A program made the translations under genes and the position numbers. Source: a bacterium (GTDB taxonomy: Bacteria > Electryoneota > Electryoneia > Electryoneales > Electryoneaceae). Taken from it: a stretch of DNA of 64,000 nucleotides. The notes beneath the pieces are model-generated. The model was given only the letters and a program-made list of their open reading frames with translations, did no database searches and was not told the origin of the DNA. Location: NCBI GenBank assembly GCA_963669175.1, contig OY769902.1, positions 2,848,001 to 2,912,000 on the forward strand, written 5' to 3'. Positions 61,385 through 64,000 of the stretch are shown piece after piece. The number at the start of each line of letters is the position of its first letter. The stretch's first letter is position 1.

Positions 61385-61639
61385 GAGAACCTCCCTATTT
61401 GCAATAGTGTATCTATAGTGGTTCCTGGATAGAATCTCGGTATATCCCATCCCCGACCTGATCGGGAATCTCCTCTGGTATTCGCAGGGAATAGATGCCC
61501 GTCAGCGGTTCTGCCAGTTCGCGGAGATGACGTTCCGTTTTCCCATCCCAACTTACGTCCAGGAACAACTATATGTCTCAGCACCCAATGTACTTATCCG
61601 GTAACATGGATGTCTAGGGTTTGCAAGCAGTTTTAATGC

Positions 61640-62305
61640 TCATGATTCCCTTTCGGGGGCTCCATGTTCCGCTTTGAGCCAGGTTCTGAGGAACAGGCCT
61701 ATTCCAGCGAGCCAGCCCGGCAGGAAGATCTCCCAGCGGAACCGTGCCGGTTCACCTTCAGTCAATGCGTGAGGGAAATCAATGATAAAGCTGAAGATTA
61801 TTATCAGGCCGCAGAGGATTTCAAACAGCCAGAACAGCCGAGCCGGTTGCAGTGGTCGTCTTCGGTCTTCCTGTATGACGATCACAACACATGCGCCGAT
61901 CAGGGAAAGGCTGACCAGTACCGGAGCCAGTACCGGTCCGATCCAGGGGAGTGGAAGCAGGAACAGCAGATCCCAGGTCAACAGGCTGGAAGGCCATCCT
62001 TCACCAGCAAGTAAGCCCAGGTAGTACACGATGTCCCAGACGCCAAACACGAGCATGAAATAACCGAATCGTTCCAGAGGAGTGCGTCCGGCCAGGTATC
62101 CGACTGCAATCAACATCAGGATGGTCGCAACTTCACGCACCAGTTCAATCCAGAGAATCTCGCCGGGGATAGTGCGAACCGGGAAGCTGAAACCTTCCGG
62201 GTAGAAATGCAGACGCAGGTAGATAACAAGCGCCGCTTCGAACCAACCCATGCAAGCGGCGTAGATGGTTGTCCAGATCAAGCGGTTTCGGCTGTAGGGG
62301 GACAT
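61640..62305 (-). CDS. Conserved hypothetical membrane protein
   Basis: EAALVIYLR, E..RE.ATI.ML, WDI.YY, WD.LFL.P.PW.GPV.AP. Confidence 0.8.
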   Translation of the reverse strand: MSPYSRNRLIWTTIYAACMGWFEAALVIYLRLHFYPEGFSFPVRTIPGEILWIELVREVATILMLIAVGYLAGRTPLERFGYFMLVFGVWDIVYYLGLLAGEGWPSSLLTWDLLFLLPLPWIGPVLAPVLVSLSLIGACVVIVIQEDRRRPLQPARLFWLFEILCGLIIIFSFIIDFPHALTEGEPARFRWEIFLPGWLAGIGLFLRTWLKAEHGAPERES

Positions 62306-62327
62306 GTTTGCAGTTTCGAGTCTATCA

Positions 62328-62412
62328 TTGGAAAAAGGGGACAGTCACCTTTTCCGAAAACTCCTCGGAAAATCTTGTTTTTCATCACGAAAAGGAAACA
62401 GTCCCCTTTTTC
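62328..62412. repeat. Family-A-related REP doublet
   Basis: GGAAAAAGGGGACAGTCACCTTTTCC ... GAAAAGGAAACAGTCCCCTTTTTC. Confidence 0.8.
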
Positions 62413-62482
62413 TGCACCTTTTATCGTGAATGCAGGTCATTATCGCAGGAAAACAAGTGAGAAGATTCATCGAGACAAATTG

Positions 62483-62797
62483 TTATTTCGGTGGTTCGGG
62501 AAGGCCTTTATCCCGTTCCATCAACTCACGAATCTTTCTTTCTTCCCAGCTTTTTCCCAGCCAGGTATGCAGGCCATGAATCATCAATCCAATTCCCCAG
62601 CCTACCAGCGGGAAGAAATAAAAGTGCGGACCTGGCGAAATGACATAGTCAAAAAGGATAATGGTTGCATTGACCAGGATGTAAACGATCAGGTGAGTGT
62701 AAAAACCTTTCAATTCCTGAACTCGTTCACGTGCTCGTTCATAACGTAGTTGTTCATCCGTCTTTACTTGCGATAGTGTTTCTAAAGCCATCTTCAT
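62483..62797 (-). CDS. 2TM domain protein
   Basis: RYERARERVQELKGFY.HL..Y...WGIGL..H...WEERKIRELM. Confidence 0.88.
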   Translation of the reverse strand: MKMALETLSQVKTDEQLRYERARERVQELKGFYTHLIVYILVNATIILFDYVISPGPHFYFFPLVGWGIGLMIHGLHTWLGKSWEERKIRELMERDKGLPEPPK

Positions 62798-62799
62798 AC

Positions 62800-63093
62800 C
62801 TATAGTTGGTTTCGTTGTCTTTCTTCTTTTTCCATCAGTTCACATATTTTTCGTTCTTCCCATTCCGGGCCAAAGAAGTTCCATATTCCAAATGTGCTGA
62901 GGCCATGAGCGGCCAGCCCAATTCCCCAGCCGATCAGTGGCCAGATTGCCCAGAAGTAACCACCGGACCAGAGGTTGATTCCGACCAGGAAAGCATTAAC
63001 CAGAACATAGGTAGCTACATGGGCGTAGAACTCCTTGATCTCCTGCACCCGTTTCCGGGCACGTTCGTAACGCATCTCTTGTGATTCCTGCAT
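62800..63093 (-). CDS. 2TM domain protein (tandem paralog)
   Basis: Same motif set; GGAGG RBS before ATG 63093. Confidence 0.88.
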   Translation of the reverse strand: MQESQEMRYERARKRVQEIKEFYAHVATYVLVNAFLVGINLWSGGYFWAIWPLIGWGIGLAAHGLSTFGIWNFFGPEWEERKICELMEKEERQRNQL

Positions 63094-63177
63094 GTGACCT
63101 CCTGTTGATGTGAAAAGATACGGACGGATTTCCTCCACGTCAGCTCTCTATCAAATTTTTTCAATTTCCTACTCGTC

Positions 63178-63206
63178 TTGAAAACTGAACAAAAGTACAG
63201 TATTTT
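63178..63206 (+). promoter_or_regulatory. Sigma70-like promoter with SOS-box-like palindrome in the spacer
   Basis: TTGAAA-N17-TATTTT; ACTGAACAAAAGTACAGT at 63184-63201. Confidence 0.6.
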
Positions 63207-63211
63207 GTGAT

Positions 63212-64000
63212 ATGCTACAACAGCGGACATATGTGGTGGCACGGATCCCCGGATTTGTCGCGGACGTGGAGCAGAGGCTTCTTCAGTTGCAGGGACAACC
63301 GGTTGCGGTTGTGACTGGCGAGGGAAGCCGTGCCCTGGTCGTGTCGGTATCGCAAGAAGCGTTACAACAGGACGTCACTCCCGGTATGCGGGTGGATCGT
63401 GTTGATGCACGGGAATGTGTTATTGTTCCGCTTTCACGTGAACGATGCGAGGACACCACGAGGGAGGTCTTATCCTGCCTGAGTCTGCCTTTACCGGACC
63501 CGTGGGAGTTGCGATTAGGTGTTTTTATTTCCTGCTGGACCGGGGGAACACGTATGCTGGAAGCGGCACGGCATGAAGCTGCGTCACTGTTGCATCGTAT
63601 GGGATTTGAGGCTGGTTGGGGGATTGGCCCTGAACCGGCTGTTGCGGAGATCGCGGCACGTGCGGCAGGCAGGGGAAAAGCGCTTCGAGTAGAACCGTCT
63701 CAAGTAAGTGGATTCCTGACACCGTTGCCCATTCATGCGCTCCCAGATTTGAAGCAGCAACAGGTGGAAGCGTTGCACGAGATCGGGATTCATACTCTCG
63801 GTCAATTGGCAGCGCTTCCGGATGTGGTTTTACGTGAGATGTTCGGGCCGGAAGGAGTGCATTTACGTCCGTTGGCATTACAGGGAAAACGGCCTGATGT
63901 CGTGCGTGAATGGCGGGGATTCCGCAGGTTGCAGGAGGATAGCGATGATCCGGCTTTGATCCGGGCCACACTGTCTTCATTGCTGGCGGAAGGGATTGAT
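63212..64000 (+). CDS. Y-family polymerase-like protein, catalytically degenerate (ImuB-like), 3'-truncated; absent from the ORF track
   Basis: Manual translation is open to the window end: ..IPGFVADVEQ..LQGQPVAVV..VVSVSQEA..V.PGM..FLTPLPIHALP..LHEIGIHTLGQLAALP..L.EMFG. Confidence 0.82.
   Translation, partial: MLQQRTYVVARIPGFVADVEQRLLQLQGQPVAVVTGEGSRALVVSVSQEALQQDVTPGMRVDRVDARECVIVPLSRERCEDTTREVLSCLSLPLPDPWELRLGVFISCWTGGTRMLEAARHEAASLLHRMGFEAGWGIGPEPAVAEIAARAAGRGKALRVEPSQVSGFLTPLPIHALPDLKQQQVEALHEIGIHTLGQLAALPDVVLREMFGPEGVHLRPLALQGKRPDVVREWRGFRRLQEDSDDPALIRATLSSLLAEGID

Noticed and set aside
60515-61432. Long antisense ORFs (also 36323-37222, 15150-15902, 43750-44475)
   Set aside because: Shadow frames of well-conserved genes with no recognisable motifs.

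Overview
Bacterial chromosomal window, about 50% GC. Three proteins with T9SS-type C-terminal sorting tails (YPNPFNP/FPNPVN) suggest an FCB-group organism, but the taxon is uncertain. Core metabolism includes an aminotransferase-pckA pair, sucAB and lpdA, class I aldolase, ribokinase and a GH13 debranching enzyme. Other genes encode secreted proteins, an ABC/AttH-like operon, a FadL+esterase pair, scattered envelope-modification enzymes, a small XRE-ImmA/PIN/DUF2971-like island and a truncated ImuB-like protein. The intergenic DNA carries many distinct REP/MITE-like palindromic families. Best findings: (1) An intact IS110-family element with IS1111-like layout sits at an AG core in the conserved tail of a host BIME-like repeat. 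Its ~140-nt 3' non-coding region folds into two parallel guide loops matching the target and donor sites (candidate bridge/seek RNA), and a promoter forms at the circle junction. (2) A three-layer nested element: a 396-bp IS50/Tn5-ended MITE with a 10-bp duplication inside a REP hairpin, carrying a second palindromic element. (3) Hairpins with a fixed AAAC(A/T)GAC loop and covarying stems. No rRNA, tRNA or CRISPR array was seen. All analysis was by eye; family calls come from recognised motifs, not database searches.
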